From positions 8,832 through 72,831 of the forward strand of contig DATHYR010000288.1 in assembly GCA_035458985.1 (NCBI GenBank): a DNA stretch of 64,000 nucleotides, written 5' to 3'. Source of the DNA: Pseudomonadales bacterium (GTDB lineage: Bacteria > Pseudomonadota > Gammaproteobacteria > Pseudomonadales > JAHEIH01). The stretch's first letter is position 1. The number at the start of each line of letters is the position of its first letter. Shown here in pieces: positions 49,254-59,441 of this stretch. The translations under genes were made by a program, and so were the position numbers. The notes below the pieces were generated by a model that was not told where the DNA came from, did not search any database, and saw nothing but the letters and a program-made list of their open reading frames with translations.

Positions 49254-52200
49254 CCGCGTTTACGATGACGGATTAAACTCCGCATCGTGGCACGAAGGCT
49301 AGCGGCCGGCACAGGCTTAGATAAATACTGAATATTCAACTGCTTGACATGCTCGCGCACAGCTTCACTGTCATCTGCCGAAATCACAATGGCTGGTAGC
49401 GCAGAGTTCCAGTGCAAGCGCAAAGTCTCGACAAGAGCGGTACCCAACTCGCCATCGTCAAGGTGATAATCCACAATGACCATGTCGGGCGGTGTTGATA
49501 ACGTCCAATTAGCGAGCGAGCCACTGAGATTACTGGCAGTCACCACATGACACCCCCATTGCTCAAGCAAGGCGCGCATGCCTCGGACGATGTGCATCTC
49601 ATTGTCGACACACAACACGGTTACCCCGGCTAAATCACCCATAACCTTGGGTCTGGGTTCCTGTACAGCAACGACTCGACCATAGGGCACATCAATGGCA
49701 AACATCGAGCCAGCACCCAGTTTACTGGCCACTTCCACTTCATGTCCGAGCACCTGAGCAATGCGCCGCGCAATGGACAAACCCAACCCCAGGCCCTTTT
49801 GACCCTCAATATTGCGCGTATCTGACAAGCGTTCAAATTCGTTAAAAATACGCTCCATCGCATCATCCGGAATCCCAGGACCGGTATCCCACACTTGAAT
49901 TTGCAAGCCCTCTTTACGACGACGACAACCGAACACAATCCGGCCGCTGTCGGTATAACGCACCGCGTTAGCTAGGAAATTTTGTAACACCCGCCGCAAC
50001 AGTGCCTGATCTGAGTACACCCACGTTTTACAAGGTACGTAGTGCAAATCGAGGCCCTTTTGCTCGGCAAACAGACTAAATTCTCGCGTCAATGTCTTCA
50101 TGAGCTCATCAATATTGAAGTGCTCGCGCCTTGCACTGAGCTTGCCAGAATCAAGCCGCGCCATTTCGCGCAAGGCGTTAATCAGATTCTCCGCACCGGA
50201 TAAAGCGTCATCGATGTGCCCCACCTCCTCTCTAAGTTGGGGTTGATTCGCCACGTCTTGACGCGCCTGTACCGCGCTGACAAATAACCTCGCCGCATTG
50301 ATCGGCTGCAGTAAGTCGTGACTCGCAGCGGCTAGGAACTGCGTTTTAGAGGCATAAGCATCGTTGAGCTCACTCTCCAGCCTCGCGCGCAGACGGTTCT
50401 CTTCGCGCATCGATTCATTGGCCGCCGAGAGTTCTTGTGTACGCTCCTGAACACGTTGTTCTAGCTGGGTCTTGGCGCCCTCAAGCTCTTCGAGGATATT
50501 GTGGTAGTCGCTAATATCCGTGTAGGTCGTGACATAACCTCCATCACCTAAGGGCGTGCCGCGAATTTCAATCACTGCGCCGTTGGGTAGCTCTCGCTCT
50601 ATGCGGTAGGCATCCCCCTCTTTTAACAGATTGAGACGTTTACTCACCAACACTTCAACATCATCGTGATCACTGCCAAGCATGCCGCGCCCGGCGTTAA
50701 ATTTATAGACGCGTTCAATGGGGCAGCCCACATACAACAATCGAGGCGGAAAATTAAACATGCGTTCGTACTGTTTATTCCACGCCATAAGATTGAGGTC
50801 TTTGTCGACCACGCTTATCCCTTGAGGCATATTTTCCAACGTGGTTTGGAGCAAGTCCTGAGAGAAACGAGCGACGCGGTTACTACCACCAATGAAACTC
50901 ACAAAGTCTTCAATTTGCATGGGCTCCTGGCGACGCAACAGCTCAATCACTCGGTGCGCTGACACAGCGCCAATAATGCGCGCTAGGCTTGTTTCAACGT
51001 CCTGCACAACAAAGCGCGGCACTTTGTCGTGGGGTAACAATCGGTGCCCCAACCGCTGCTCAAAATCATTCCATAAATTACCACTGCGCGTTTCGCCTAA
51101 AAGGGGGTCCAACACCGCTTGGAGTTGGCGACTCTCAATCGAGGTCAGTTCAAAATCCTGCTGACGGAAGTTGAAGCGTGAGCGTAAATTCGTGAAGGCC
51201 TCAGCCTGGCGAAAATCCAAGGTATTGAAACGGCTCCTTCGCGACAGCCAATAAAACACCATGACATTGATCACCAAACTCCACAGCACTCCATGGGTGA
51301 GAGGATCTAGAAACGACAACCCGAACAATCGGTAGGGCGCCAGCATGGCAATGCCCCAAGGACCTTCCGTCATCAAGGGGTGGTCGGGGGCCAAAAAGGC
51401 GGGAATAAACAGCGTATAGGCCCACACCAAAATTCCGAAAAACATCCCCCACAACACACCGTTGCGGTGAGCCCCAGGCCAATACAACCCGGCGACAATG
51501 GCGGGCATAAACTGCGCTGAAGCAGCAAAGCTAATCAAACCTAACGAAGCCAGCCCACCAGGCACTTGCAGGGACGTTTCCGCCCACCACGCCAGTACCA
51601 TCACCAAAACAATCGTGATGCGACGCACCATGCGTAAGTCGCCGGCCATGCGCCGCGGCAAATTTCCGCGACGCCCCAAATTGAGCAATAGCGGAACAAT
51701 TAACTCATTGGAGATCATAATCGATAAGGTCACGCTCGCGACCACGATCATCCCCGTGGCAGCCGATAGACCGCCAATAAAGGCAATAGCCGCTAAATTG
51801 TTTTCACCGAGGAACATCGGCAATTGCAACACATATAAATCCGATGGCACCGATGTACCGACAAAGAAATGAGAACCCGCCACGGCGATCGGCATCACCA
51901 TGACGGAAAAAATAACCAAATACAGGGGAAAGGTCCATCGCGCGGTACGAATATCACGGCGAGTGTGTGGCTCGACCACCATGACGTGGAATTGCCGCGG
52001 CAAACACACTATCGCGAACATCGCTAACACGGTTTGAGTGATAAACGTCGAACTGGGCAGTTTGTCTGTCGCCGAAAAGTAGCGAGAAATGTCATCGACG
52101 GGGCTTGGCAAAAGCTGCCACGCCATAACCCCCACCGCCACAAAGGCCAGCAGTTTGACAAAGGATTCGATGGCTACCGCGGAAATTAATCCACGCATTT

Positions 52201-52756
52201 TATTACTACCATCACTGACCCGGGTGCCAAACACGATAGCAAACCACGCCATTACCAAGGCACCAATAAAGCTGGTCCCCGACCCGACCCGCAGGACTTC
52301 CCCTGGCGGTGTATCAATCGCTGCCCAGGCAAGTGATACCGCACGAAGCTGCAAGGCGATATAAGGTAATGTACCCACTACAGCAATAATCGTGACCATC
52401 GAGGCCAAAACTTGGCGTTTTCCGAAACGAGAGCCCACAAAATCAGCAATGGACGTCACTTTGTTGCGGTTGCTAAAAATCAACAGCCGGCGTAAAAACG
52501 GCCACCCCAATAGGAACAATAAAATGGGACCCAGATAGATGGCAAAATAGCCCCAACCATTATTAGCCGCCACACCCACAGCGCCAAAAAAAGTCCAAGA
52601 GGTACAGTACACCGCCAACGACAGACTATAGACCGCACGCCCTATCCATCGCGGTGGACGTTTGACGCGTTCCGCACGTGCCGCCGCAATAAACAGCCCC
52701 GCCGCATAGATAAAGGCTAATAGAATAAGAAAGTTGGTCTGCATGTATTGCAGCAT
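49250..52756 (-). CDS. crbS: Hybrid sensor histidine kinase with N-terminal sodium:solute-symporter domain (CrbS/CbrA-like)
   Basis: About 13 TM helices of SLC5 type, a PAS-like region, the H-box FLAAASHDLLQP, a HATPase domain and a C-terminal receiver. Confidence 0.8.
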   Translation of the reverse strand: MLQYMQTNFLILLAFIYAAGLFIAAARAERVKRPPRWIGRAVYSLSLAVYCTSWTFFGAVGVAANNGWGYFAIYLGPILLFLLGWPFLRRLLIFSNRNKVTSIADFVGSRFGKRQVLASMVTIIAVVGTLPYIALQLRAVSLAWAAIDTPPGEVLRVGSGTSFIGALVMAWFAIVFGTRVSDGSNKMRGLISAVAIESFVKLLAFVAVGVMAWQLLPSPVDDISRYFSATDKLPSSTFITQTVLAMFAIVCLPRQFHVMVVEPHTRRDIRTARWTFPLYLVIFSVMVMPIAVAGSHFFVGTSVPSDLYVLQLPMFLGENNLAAIAFIGGLSAATGMIVVASVTLSIMISNELIVPLLLNLGRRGNLPRRMAGDLRMVRRITIVLVMVLAWWAETSLQVPGGLASLGLISFAASAQFMPAIVAGLYWPGAHRNGVLWGMFFGILVWAYTLFIPAFLAPDHPLMTEGPWGIAMLAPYRLFGLSFLDPLTHGVLWSLVINVMVFYWLSRRSRFNTLDFRQAEAFTNLRSRFNFRQQDFELTSIESRQLQAVLDPLLGETRSGNLWNDFEQRLGHRLLPHDKVPRFVVQDVETSLARIIGAVSAHRVIELLRRQEPMQIEDFVSFIGGSNRVARFSQDLLQTTLENMPQGISVVDKDLNLMAWNKQYERMFNFPPRLLYVGCPIERVYKFNAGRGMLGSDHDDVEVLVSKRLNLLKEGDAYRIERELPNGAVIEIRGTPLGDGGYVTTYTDISDYHNILEELEGAKTQLEQRVQERTQELSAANESMREENRLRARLESELNDAYASKTQFLAAASHDLLQPINAARLFVSAVQARQDVANQPQLREEVGHIDDALSGAENLINALREMARLDSGKLSARREHFNIDELMKTLTREFSLFAEQKGLDLHYVPCKTWVYSDQALLRRVLQNFLANAVRYTDSGRIVFGCRRRKEGLQIQVWDTGPGIPDDAMERIFNEFERLSDTRNIEGQKGLGLGLSIARRIAQVLGHEVEVASKLGAGSMFAIDVPYGRVVAVQEPRPKVMGDLAGVTVLCVDNEMHIVRGMRALLEQWGCHVVTASNLSGSLANWTLSTPPDMVIVDYHLDDGELGTALVETLRLHWNSALPAIVISADDSEAVREHVKQLNIQYLSKPVPAASLRATMRSLIRHRKRG

Positions 52757-52923
52757 GGAGTCTTGTCCTTATATTTTCTTGCACTGTATCACTAGAAAGA
52801 TAAGGTGAGCAGCCCTCAGTATTGCATTATTTGAAACGTTAAGTTTCGAATATTTCATTTTACGCAACAAACTAAAGTCCTTAGAATGCCCCCACATTTA
52901 AACATCACACTCTGGAGTGCCCC

Positions 52924-54399
52924 ATGGGACAAAATTACTTCAACACGCTACCTCTGCGTGTTCAACTGGAAGAACTTGGCAAATGCCGCTTCATGGATCA
53001 ATCGGAATTCGCCAATGGCTGCGATTACCTCAAAGGCAAAAAGATTGTCGTGATTGGCTGCGGTGCACAAGGCTTGAACCAAGGTCTCAACATGCGAGAC
53101 AGCGGCTTGGACGTCTCGTATGCACTGCGTGCTGAGGCAATTGCCGAAAAGCGTCAGTCATGGAAAAACGCCACCGAGAATGGTTTTACTGTTGGTACCT
53201 ACGAGGAACTAATTCCAACGGCTGACGTTGTTATGAACCTCACCCCAGACAAACAACACAGCGCGGTTGTGAGCGCGGTCATGCCGTTGATGAAAGAAGG
53301 CGCATGTCTAGACTATGCCCACGGCTTCAACTTAGTGGAAGAAGGCATGCAGATCCGCAAGGACCTGACCGTTACTCTTATGTGCCCTAAGTGCCCAGGT
53401 TCAGAAGTACGCGCCGAGTACGTTCGTGGCTTTGGTGTACCTACCCTGATCGCTGTTCACCGTGAAAACGATCCTAAGGGCGAAGGCATGGAGATCGCCA
53501 AAGCGCTCGCCTCTGCCACTGGCGGCGACCGCGCTGGCGTGCTCGAATCATCACCGATTGCCGAAGTGAAATCCGACTTGATGGGCGAACAAACCATTTT
53601 GTGCGGCATGCTGCAAACCGGTTCTATTTTGTGTTTTGACAAAATGATTGCTGAGGGCATTGATCCTAACTATGCCTCTAAACTGATCCAATACGGCTGG
53701 GAAACCATTACCGAGGGTCTGAAACACGGCGGCATCACCAACATGATGGACCGTTTGTCAAACCCTGCCAAAATCGTGGCTTTTGAATTGGCGCAAGAAT
53801 TGAAAGACATCATGCGTCCATTATTCGAAAAACACCAAGACGATATTATGTCTGGCGAATTCTCTCGCACCATGATGGAAGACTGGGCTAACGATGACAA
53901 AAATCTGCTGACCTGGCGCGCCGCTACCGCTGAGACGGCCTTCGAGAAAACGCCCTCTGGCGATGTCGAAATCAGCGAGCAAGAATACTACGACAAGGGT
54001 ATTTTGATGGTTGCCATGGTGAAAGCAGGCGTTGAATTAGCGTTTGAAACCATGGTGGCCGCAGGTATCGTCGAGGAATCGGCGTATTACGAGTCACTGC
54101 ATGAAACACCCCTAATCGCTAATACCATTGCGCGCAAGAAACTGTACGAAATGAACGTGGTCATTTCTGACACGGCGGAATATGGCTGTTACTTGTTCGA
54201 CCACGCGTGCCGTCCGCTACTGGCTGATTTCATGGAAAAGGTCGGCACCGACGTGATCGGCATGGGATTAGAACTGGACGATCTAGGCGTAGATAACCGC
54301 AAACTGATCGAAGTTAACGCAGAGATTCGCTACCACCCCGTCGAGATTGTGGGCGAGGAACTGCGCGGTTACATGACGGCGATGAAATCGATCGTTTAA
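52924..54399 (+). CDS. ilvC: Ketol-acid reductoisomerase (class II)
   Basis: 491 aa beginning [23 protein letters not shown], with [17 protein letters not shown]. Confidence 0.95.
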   Translation: MGQNYFNTLPLRVQLEELGKCRFMDQSEFANGCDYLKGKKIVVIGCGAQGLNQGLNMRDSGLDVSYALRAEAIAEKRQSWKNATENGFTVGTYEELIPTADVVMNLTPDKQHSAVVSAVMPLMKEGACLDYAHGFNLVEEGMQIRKDLTVTLMCPKCPGSEVRAEYVRGFGVPTLIAVHRENDPKGEGMEIAKALASATGGDRAGVLESSPIAEVKSDLMGEQTILCGMLQTGSILCFDKMIAEGIDPNYASKLIQYGWETITEGLKHGGITNMMDRLSNPAKIVAFELAQELKDIMRPLFEKHQDDIMSGEFSRTMMEDWANDDKNLLTWRAATAETAFEKTPSGDVEISEQEYYDKGILMVAMVKAGVELAFETMVAAGIVEESAYYESLHETPLIANTIARKKLYEMNVVISDTAEYGCYLFDHACRPLLADFMEKVGTDVIGMGLELDDLGVDNRKLIEVNAEIRYHPVEIVGEELRGYMTAMKSIV

Positions 54400-54418
54400 T
54401 CAACGTACCGTTGTCATT

Positions 54419-54444
54419 AAAAAAGGGCGCCTCGGCGCCCTTTT
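54419..54444. terminator. Bidirectional Rho-independent terminator (ilvC / acyl-CoA dehydrogenase)
   Basis: AAAAAA-GGGCGCC-tc-GGCGCCC-TTTT. Confidence 0.85.
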
Positions 54445-54465
54445 GCGTGATATTGCGTCCGAGGA

Positions 54466-55650
54466 CTATGCGATCTCGATATCACGATCAACAAAATCCG
54501 CACGCTCCCCAGCCAACATGTCGCGTGAAATGATCAACTGCATGACTTCGCTTGAGCCAGCATAAATGCGCGCCACACGAATATCAGTGTACATGCGAGA
54601 GATCGCATACTCATCCATATAGCCGGCCCCCCCATGTAATTGCAAGCAAGCGTCAATACAACGACAGGCAAACTCGGCGGTCAGGTACTTTGCTTTGGCC
54701 GCATCAACCGCGGTGAATTCACCCGCATTGAAGGATTCCACACAACGATCCACATAAACCTGCAAGCTATCTGCTTCCGCTTGCAATTTTGCCAGAGTAA
54801 ATTGTGTATTTTGGAATTCAGCCAAAGTCTGGCCAAACAGCTTGCGCTGCTTCGCAAAATCAATAGTGATATCCAAGGCCTTTTGTGCGCGGGTAATGTA
54901 TTCCACGGTACCGAGTAAACGCTCTTCAGCGAGGCCTTCCATCAAATAGTGCATGCCTTTAGCGGGATCACCTAACACGTTTGCCTTGGGAATTTTCACA
55001 TTATTGAAGAACAACTCAGCGGTATCTTGGGCTTTCTGACCCAGTTTTTCCAAGTTGCGACCGCGCTCAAAGCCTTCCATACCACGCTCAACGATGAACA
55101 GGCCGATTTGCTTAGGATTATTCACGTGATCAGACTTAGCGGCCACAATCACCACGTCGGCATTGATACCGTTTGAAATATAGGTCTTGCTGCCATTCAA
55201 CAGGTAGTGATCGCCCATATCCACCGCCGTCGTACGCATACCACGCAGGTCGCTGCCGGCATCCGGCTCAGTCATACCAATAGCGAGAATTGTTTCCCCA
55301 GTCACACACTTAGGCAGAAAACGGTTCTGCTGTTCCTCGTTGCCAAACCGAGTAAAATAGGGGCCTACCAGACGACTATGCAAGGTGGCATACCAGTCAC
55401 CGGTGTGCGCATAAATATTTTCTTCGATAATGATTTGCTCAAAACGAAAATCGTCGTCCCCCATACCGCCGAATTTCTCATCGGGCCAAATCATCAAGAA
55501 ACCGAGATCGCCCGCCTTGCGGAAAATTTCACGATCAACAATGCGCTGCTTACGGTAATGCTCCATGTTGGGCACAAGCTCATCATGCAAAAATTTGCGG
55601 TAAGCTTCACGAAACATTTGTTGTTCTTCAGTAAAGCGGCGTTTGAGCAT
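54466..55650 (-). CDS. Acyl-CoA dehydrogenase
   Basis: 394 aa with ACAD N, middle and C domains (GMTEPDAGSD; catalytic region YAGSSEV). Confidence 0.9.
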   Translation of the reverse strand: MLKRRFTEEQQMFREAYRKFLHDELVPNMEHYRKQRIVDREIFRKAGDLGFLMIWPDEKFGGMGDDDFRFEQIIIEENIYAHTGDWYATLHSRLVGPYFTRFGNEEQQNRFLPKCVTGETILAIGMTEPDAGSDLRGMRTTAVDMGDHYLLNGSKTYISNGINADVVIVAAKSDHVNNPKQIGLFIVERGMEGFERGRNLEKLGQKAQDTAELFFNNVKIPKANVLGDPAKGMHYLMEGLAEERLLGTVEYITRAQKALDITIDFAKQRKLFGQTLAEFQNTQFTLAKLQAEADSLQVYVDRCVESFNAGEFTAVDAAKAKYLTAEFACRCIDACLQLHGGAGYMDEYAISRMYTDIRVARIYAGSSEVMQLIISRDMLAGERADFVDRDIEIA

Positions 55651-55752
55651 GGCTCTCTCCTTTTATTTTGTGGCGTGTTGTCGCAAAGTGATCGCCTATT
55701 GGCGGCCATAAATTCCTACAATGCAGCATTCTATTCAAAGCGGGGACTAACC

Positions 55753-56565
55753 ATGAGCGTGATTTCGTGCCATATCGACAACCATATCGCTACGTTGACG
55801 TTAAACAACCCACGTGTTGGTAACGCGTTAGGTCAAGCATTTTGGCAAGAGTTCCCTACGGCGGTGGCCGCCTTGCAAGCCAACCCAGACGTTCATGTTG
55901 TCATTCTCAAAGGCGAAGGCAAACATTTCTGCGTGGGCATCGATCTACCCTACGCGCAAACACTGTTTAGCGGACCGTCAGATGACACCATCCGGCAGCG
56001 TAGAATTGATGACATCAAGGCAATGCAGGAGGCGTTTCAATCCCTTGAACATCTGGATATTCCAGTCATTGCTGCGGTACATGGTGCCTGCATCGGTGCT
56101 GGCGTCGAACTCGCTAGCTGCGCTGATATTCGTCTGTGTACGCAAGATGCCACCTTTGCACTCAAGGAGATTCAGCTTGCGATCATCCCCGATCTTGGCG
56201 GACTTCAACGCCTCCCGCGTCAAATGCCCTTAGGTATCGCACGGGAATTGGCCATGACAGGTAGGAACTTTAGTGCCGCTGAAGCGCACCAATGGTATTG
56301 GGTGAATAAGACCTTTGAAGATGTCGAAGGTTTGCACCATGCCGCTCTCCAGATGGCTCAACAGATGGCTGCATGTGCACCCAGAGCCATGCGCCATATC
56401 AAACGCAGTTTATCCGACAACGCGATTGCGCAGGATCTAGAAGGTATGCGTGCGCTCATTGAACCTCAAATCGACGAGTGCATTACCGTTGATATGTTTG
56501 AAGCGATGCGCGCCATGCAGGAAAAGCGTCCTGCCAATTTCCCACCCAGACCGACAAAAAAATAA
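55753..56565 (+). CDS. Enoyl-CoA hydratase/isomerase (crotonase) family protein
   Basis: Starts MSVISCHIDNHIATLTLNNP, with FCVGIDL and AAVHGACIGAGVELA motifs. The upstream part of the 452-aa ORF is an antisense shadow. Confidence 0.9.
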   Translation: MSVISCHIDNHIATLTLNNPRVGNALGQAFWQEFPTAVAALQANPDVHVVILKGEGKHFCVGIDLPYAQTLFSGPSDDTIRQRRIDDIKAMQEAFQSLEHLDIPVIAAVHGACIGAGVELASCADIRLCTQDATFALKEIQLAIIPDLGGLQRLPRQMPLGIARELAMTGRNFSAAEAHQWYWVNKTFEDVEGLHHAALQMAQQMAACAPRAMRHIKRSLSDNAIAQDLEGMRALIEPQIDECITVDMFEAMRAMQEKRPANFPPRPTKK

Positions 56566-56629
56566 AATCGATAGCCCTTCGCTGGGTTTTTGCTTTATAT
56601 TTGTTACAAATAAAAGCAAGGATCAAGCT

Positions 56630-57166
56630 ATGAAGGGCGTCATATTTAATGTTCTTGAAGAGCTCGTCATTGAAACCGCCGGTATGGAAAGCTGGAATGC
56701 CATTTTAGCGGCATCGGGTAGCGACGGTATTTTCACCTCAGGTGAAAGTTATTCCGATGAAGAACTGTTTGCTATTGTCGCAGAAGTTTGTAAAGCCCTG
56801 GATATGCCCGCCGAAAAGGTGATTGGCATTTTTGGGGAGTATTTATTTGACCAACTGGATGTTCGACACCCCTCCTTCGTAGCGCATGCTAATGGCCTCA
56901 AAGACTTCCTGATGAGCGTCGACACCGTCATTCATGGAGAAGTACTTAAGTTATATACCAATCCGAATTTACCTCGCTTTGAATACCAAGACCGCGGCGA
57001 TAACAAATTAACCATGCACTATCGCTCCCCTCGAAAATTATGCATTTTAGCCGAGGGACTGGTTCGAGGCGCCGCCAAACGTTTTGGGCAAGAGATCACT
57101 ATTGAACACCCCATATGTATGCACAACGGCGCCGATCACTGCCAACTGGATGTGAGCATTAAATAG
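56630..57166 (+). CDS. hnoX: H-NOX (heme NO/O2-binding) sensor protein
   Basis: Starts MKGVIFNVLEELVIETAGMESWN. The YRSPR (Y-x-S-x-R) heme-propionate motif is present. 178 aa. Confidence 0.85.
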   Translation: MKGVIFNVLEELVIETAGMESWNAILAASGSDGIFTSGESYSDEELFAIVAEVCKALDMPAEKVIGIFGEYLFDQLDVRHPSFVAHANGLKDFLMSVDTVIHGEVLKLYTNPNLPRFEYQDRGDNKLTMHYRSPRKLCILAEGLVRGAAKRFGQEITIEHPICMHNGADHCQLDVSIK

Positions 57167-58113
57167 TGGACGACGAAAGCACTCATCCTTTTGAAATTGC
57201 CTATCACCGCGAGCGCAAAATTCGTCGTGCCGCTGAGCAACTGCTGGAAGATAAAACTCGCATGTTGCACCAACGAAATATCGAACTCAGCAAGACCAAC
57301 GAACAATTAATTCAACAACAAGCCAGCATGCTAAAACAAGAAAAACTGGCCACACTGGGTACGCTGGCGGCAGGCGTTGCGCACGAAATTAATAATCCAC
57401 TGGCCTTTGTTACCAGTAATATTTCTGCCTTAGAAGAGTACCATCGCGCTTACCACGATATGTTTGAGTTTGTTAAAACGCTGCGCACCAGAATGACACA
57501 GGATAAGGCTAACGACCTAAACCGAGAAATTGCAAAACTCGACCTCGAGTATCTCGATCAAGATTTGCCACAGTTAATGTCTGAAACCTTGGAGGGTCTT
57601 GAGCGCGTTAAGAAAATTGTCTTGAGTCTGAGAAATTTTGCGCGATCACAAGACGGTGAGCGTGCTGACAGTGACATCAACGAGGGGATTCGCAGCACGT
57701 TACGCCTAGTGCAATCAGAAATTAAACAAGGGATCGACGTGCAGCTCGCGCTTGGCGATGTCCCCAAGGTCAATTGCAACCCCAGTGAAATCAATCAGGT
57801 CATACTTAATATCGTCATCAATGCCGCGCATGCCGCCAGAGACAGAGCCCACCCCTATATTCGCATTACCACGGAGGCCACCAACAAACATGTGCTCGTA
57901 AGCATTGAAGACAATGGCCATGGAATGAATCCACATACATTAAATAATTTATTTATGCCCTTTTTCACCACCAAACCTATTGGTGAAGGCACGGGGATGG
58001 GCATGGCTATTGCGCATAAAATTGTGGAAGACCACGGTGGTGAGCTGAGTGTGACATCTCAAGAAGGCGTTGGCAGTACCTTTACGCTAGCACTGCCTAT
58101 CACATCAAATTAA
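57166..58113 (+). CDS. hnoK: H-NOX-associated histidine kinase (HnoK-like, no receiver domain)
   Basis: The GTG start overlaps the hnoX stop by 1 nt. H-box AAGVAHEINNPL, and N and G boxes (GTGMGMAI). Confidence 0.85.
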   Translation: MDDESTHPFEIAYHRERKIRRAAEQLLEDKTRMLHQRNIELSKTNEQLIQQQASMLKQEKLATLGTLAAGVAHEINNPLAFVTSNISALEEYHRAYHDMFEFVKTLRTRMTQDKANDLNREIAKLDLEYLDQDLPQLMSETLEGLERVKKIVLSLRNFARSQDGERADSDINEGIRSTLRLVQSEIKQGIDVQLALGDVPKVNCNPSEINQVILNIVINAAHAARDRAHPYIRITTEATNKHVLVSIEDNGHGMNPHTLNNLFMPFFTTKPIGEGTGMGMAIAHKIVEDHGGELSVTSQEGVGSTFTLALPITSN

Positions 58114-58374
58114 GAGAAGTATATCGACCCCGGCCAGGGCCAACATAGCCCTAACCATGAGCTTGGTTCGCTTGTCCATGGCCGCATATTGGCTTTTCAA
58201 ATCCTTCAACTCTGCGCGCATAGCCTCGTTGGCTTTTTGCCATTGAGAATCCATAGCCACAGCGGCCTGTTGCCAATGTGTATCTACCGCTTGAGCAGTC
58301 TGTACCACTACCGCGCCCGCTGTGGCAGCGGCAGCATAGCGTGAAGCGCGATTTAAAAATTGACGTCTATCCAT
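58105..58374 (-). CDS. Small hypothetical protein with twin-arginine-like signal and C-terminal hydrophobic tail
   Basis: MDRRQFLNRASRYAAAATAGAVVVQTAQA..., a coiled-coil middle and a ...MLALAGVDILLLI tail. It overlaps the hnoK 3' end by 9 nt (convergent). Confidence 0.45.
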   Translation of the reverse strand: MDRRQFLNRASRYAAAATAGAVVVQTAQAVDTHWQQAAVAMDSQWQKANEAMRAELKDLKSQYAAMDKRTKLMVRAMLALAGVDILLLI

Positions 58375-58540
58375 GCGTTCCTCCTGATAGAACGTGCATT
58401 AGAGCATAAACCATTGGCCAGTGCCTTATGCTACTTAGACAATAAAGTCATATAACCACTCACATGACATGATTTTTAAAACTGGCGTATCGTCAAAACT
58501 GGCGTACTATTAAAGGGCACAAAAGCTTAAGGAGGTGTCG

Positions 58541-58843
58541 ATGCATACAGCACGACGTCATTCAATTTGCGCTTCATTTATTGTGTGGCTTACGCTTAGC
58601 TGCACGGTCATGTTTTGTAGTCAAAATGCCTTGGCTTGGGCATTGTTTGATGAAGAGATCAGCTATTACACCCTGCAAATAGATGATCAACCCGCCCTAC
58701 CTAAAACGACAAAATCATTCTGTTTAGTTGGTCTGGCTGAACCATCCCTCAACCCGGTGGCGCCTTGCGACCCATATGCCTCTGTTAAGCACGCGCCAGT
58801 AGCAAGAGGCCCTCCACGAATACTCTCCATAGTTATTACCTAA
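58541..58843 (+). CDS. Small secreted hypothetical protein (about 100 aa)
   Basis: A strong AAGGAGG RBS lies 6 nt before the ATG at 58541. The signal peptide ends NALA. The CBS gene follows 22 nt downstream. Confidence 0.5.
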   Translation: MHTARRHSICASFIVWLTLSCTVMFCSQNALAWALFDEEISYYTLQIDDQPALPKTTKSFCLVGLAEPSLNPVAPCDPYASVKHAPVARGPPRILSIVIT

Positions 58844-58865
58844 ATACCCACTAAGGAGACGCTCC

Positions 58866-59441
58866 ATGAAAACTTTTCGAACCCTAGATACATTTGATAT
58901 GAACGCTGTTTATTCCATTCAAACACCGGAGGATAGCAGCCATATTGATTTACAAGATACCGCTATGCTGGTGTTTACTGACTTTATGAAATACCAACCG
59001 CGTATGCTTGAGGAAAATGCCTCTGTAGACGAAGCGTTGGAGATGATGCGCAAAACCCACGTCAGGATGAATTTGGTCATCGACCAAGAAGAACACTTTA
59101 AAGGCATCATTAGCCTACTGGATTTGCAATCGTCCAAAGTCATGAGCGCCAGTACCAACTTAAGTCTCTCTCGTAGCGACCTGAGTGTCAGAGATGTCAT
59201 GCTGCCTAAAGAAAAATTGCATGCTATAACACTCAGTGAACTGCGCAGAGCCTGCATTGGCGATGTTGTTAAAACCATGCAGTACTATGGCGACCAACAT
59301 GCCTTAGTGGTCGATGACGCCGATGGCCATATTCTTCGGGGTATAGTCTCGGCCAGCGATATTGCCAGAGCGTTACATATCCCACTGCTCATTGGCGATC
59401 GCGCCAATAGTTTTGCGGATATTTATCGCGCCTTGCACTAG
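58866..59441 (+). CDS. CBS-pair domain protein
   Basis: AAGGAG RBS and two CBS motifs (...FKGIISLLDL...; ...ILRGIVSASDIARAL). Confidence 0.8.
   Translation: MKTFRTLDTFDMNAVYSIQTPEDSSHIDLQDTAMLVFTDFMKYQPRMLEENASVDEALEMMRKTHVRMNLVIDQEEHFKGIISLLDLQSSKVMSASTNLSLSRSDLSVRDVMLPKEKLHAITLSELRRACIGDVVKTMQYYGDQHALVVDDADGHILRGIVSASDIARALHIPLLIGDRANSFADIYRALH

Noticed and set aside
55207-55752. First 182 codons of the 452-aa plus-strand ORF 55207-56565
   Set aside because: This part runs antisense through the acyl-CoA dehydrogenase gene and has no recognisable family features. The crotonase signature begins at the ATG at 55753 (MSVISCHIDNHIATLTLNNP), so the upstream part is a shadow ORF.
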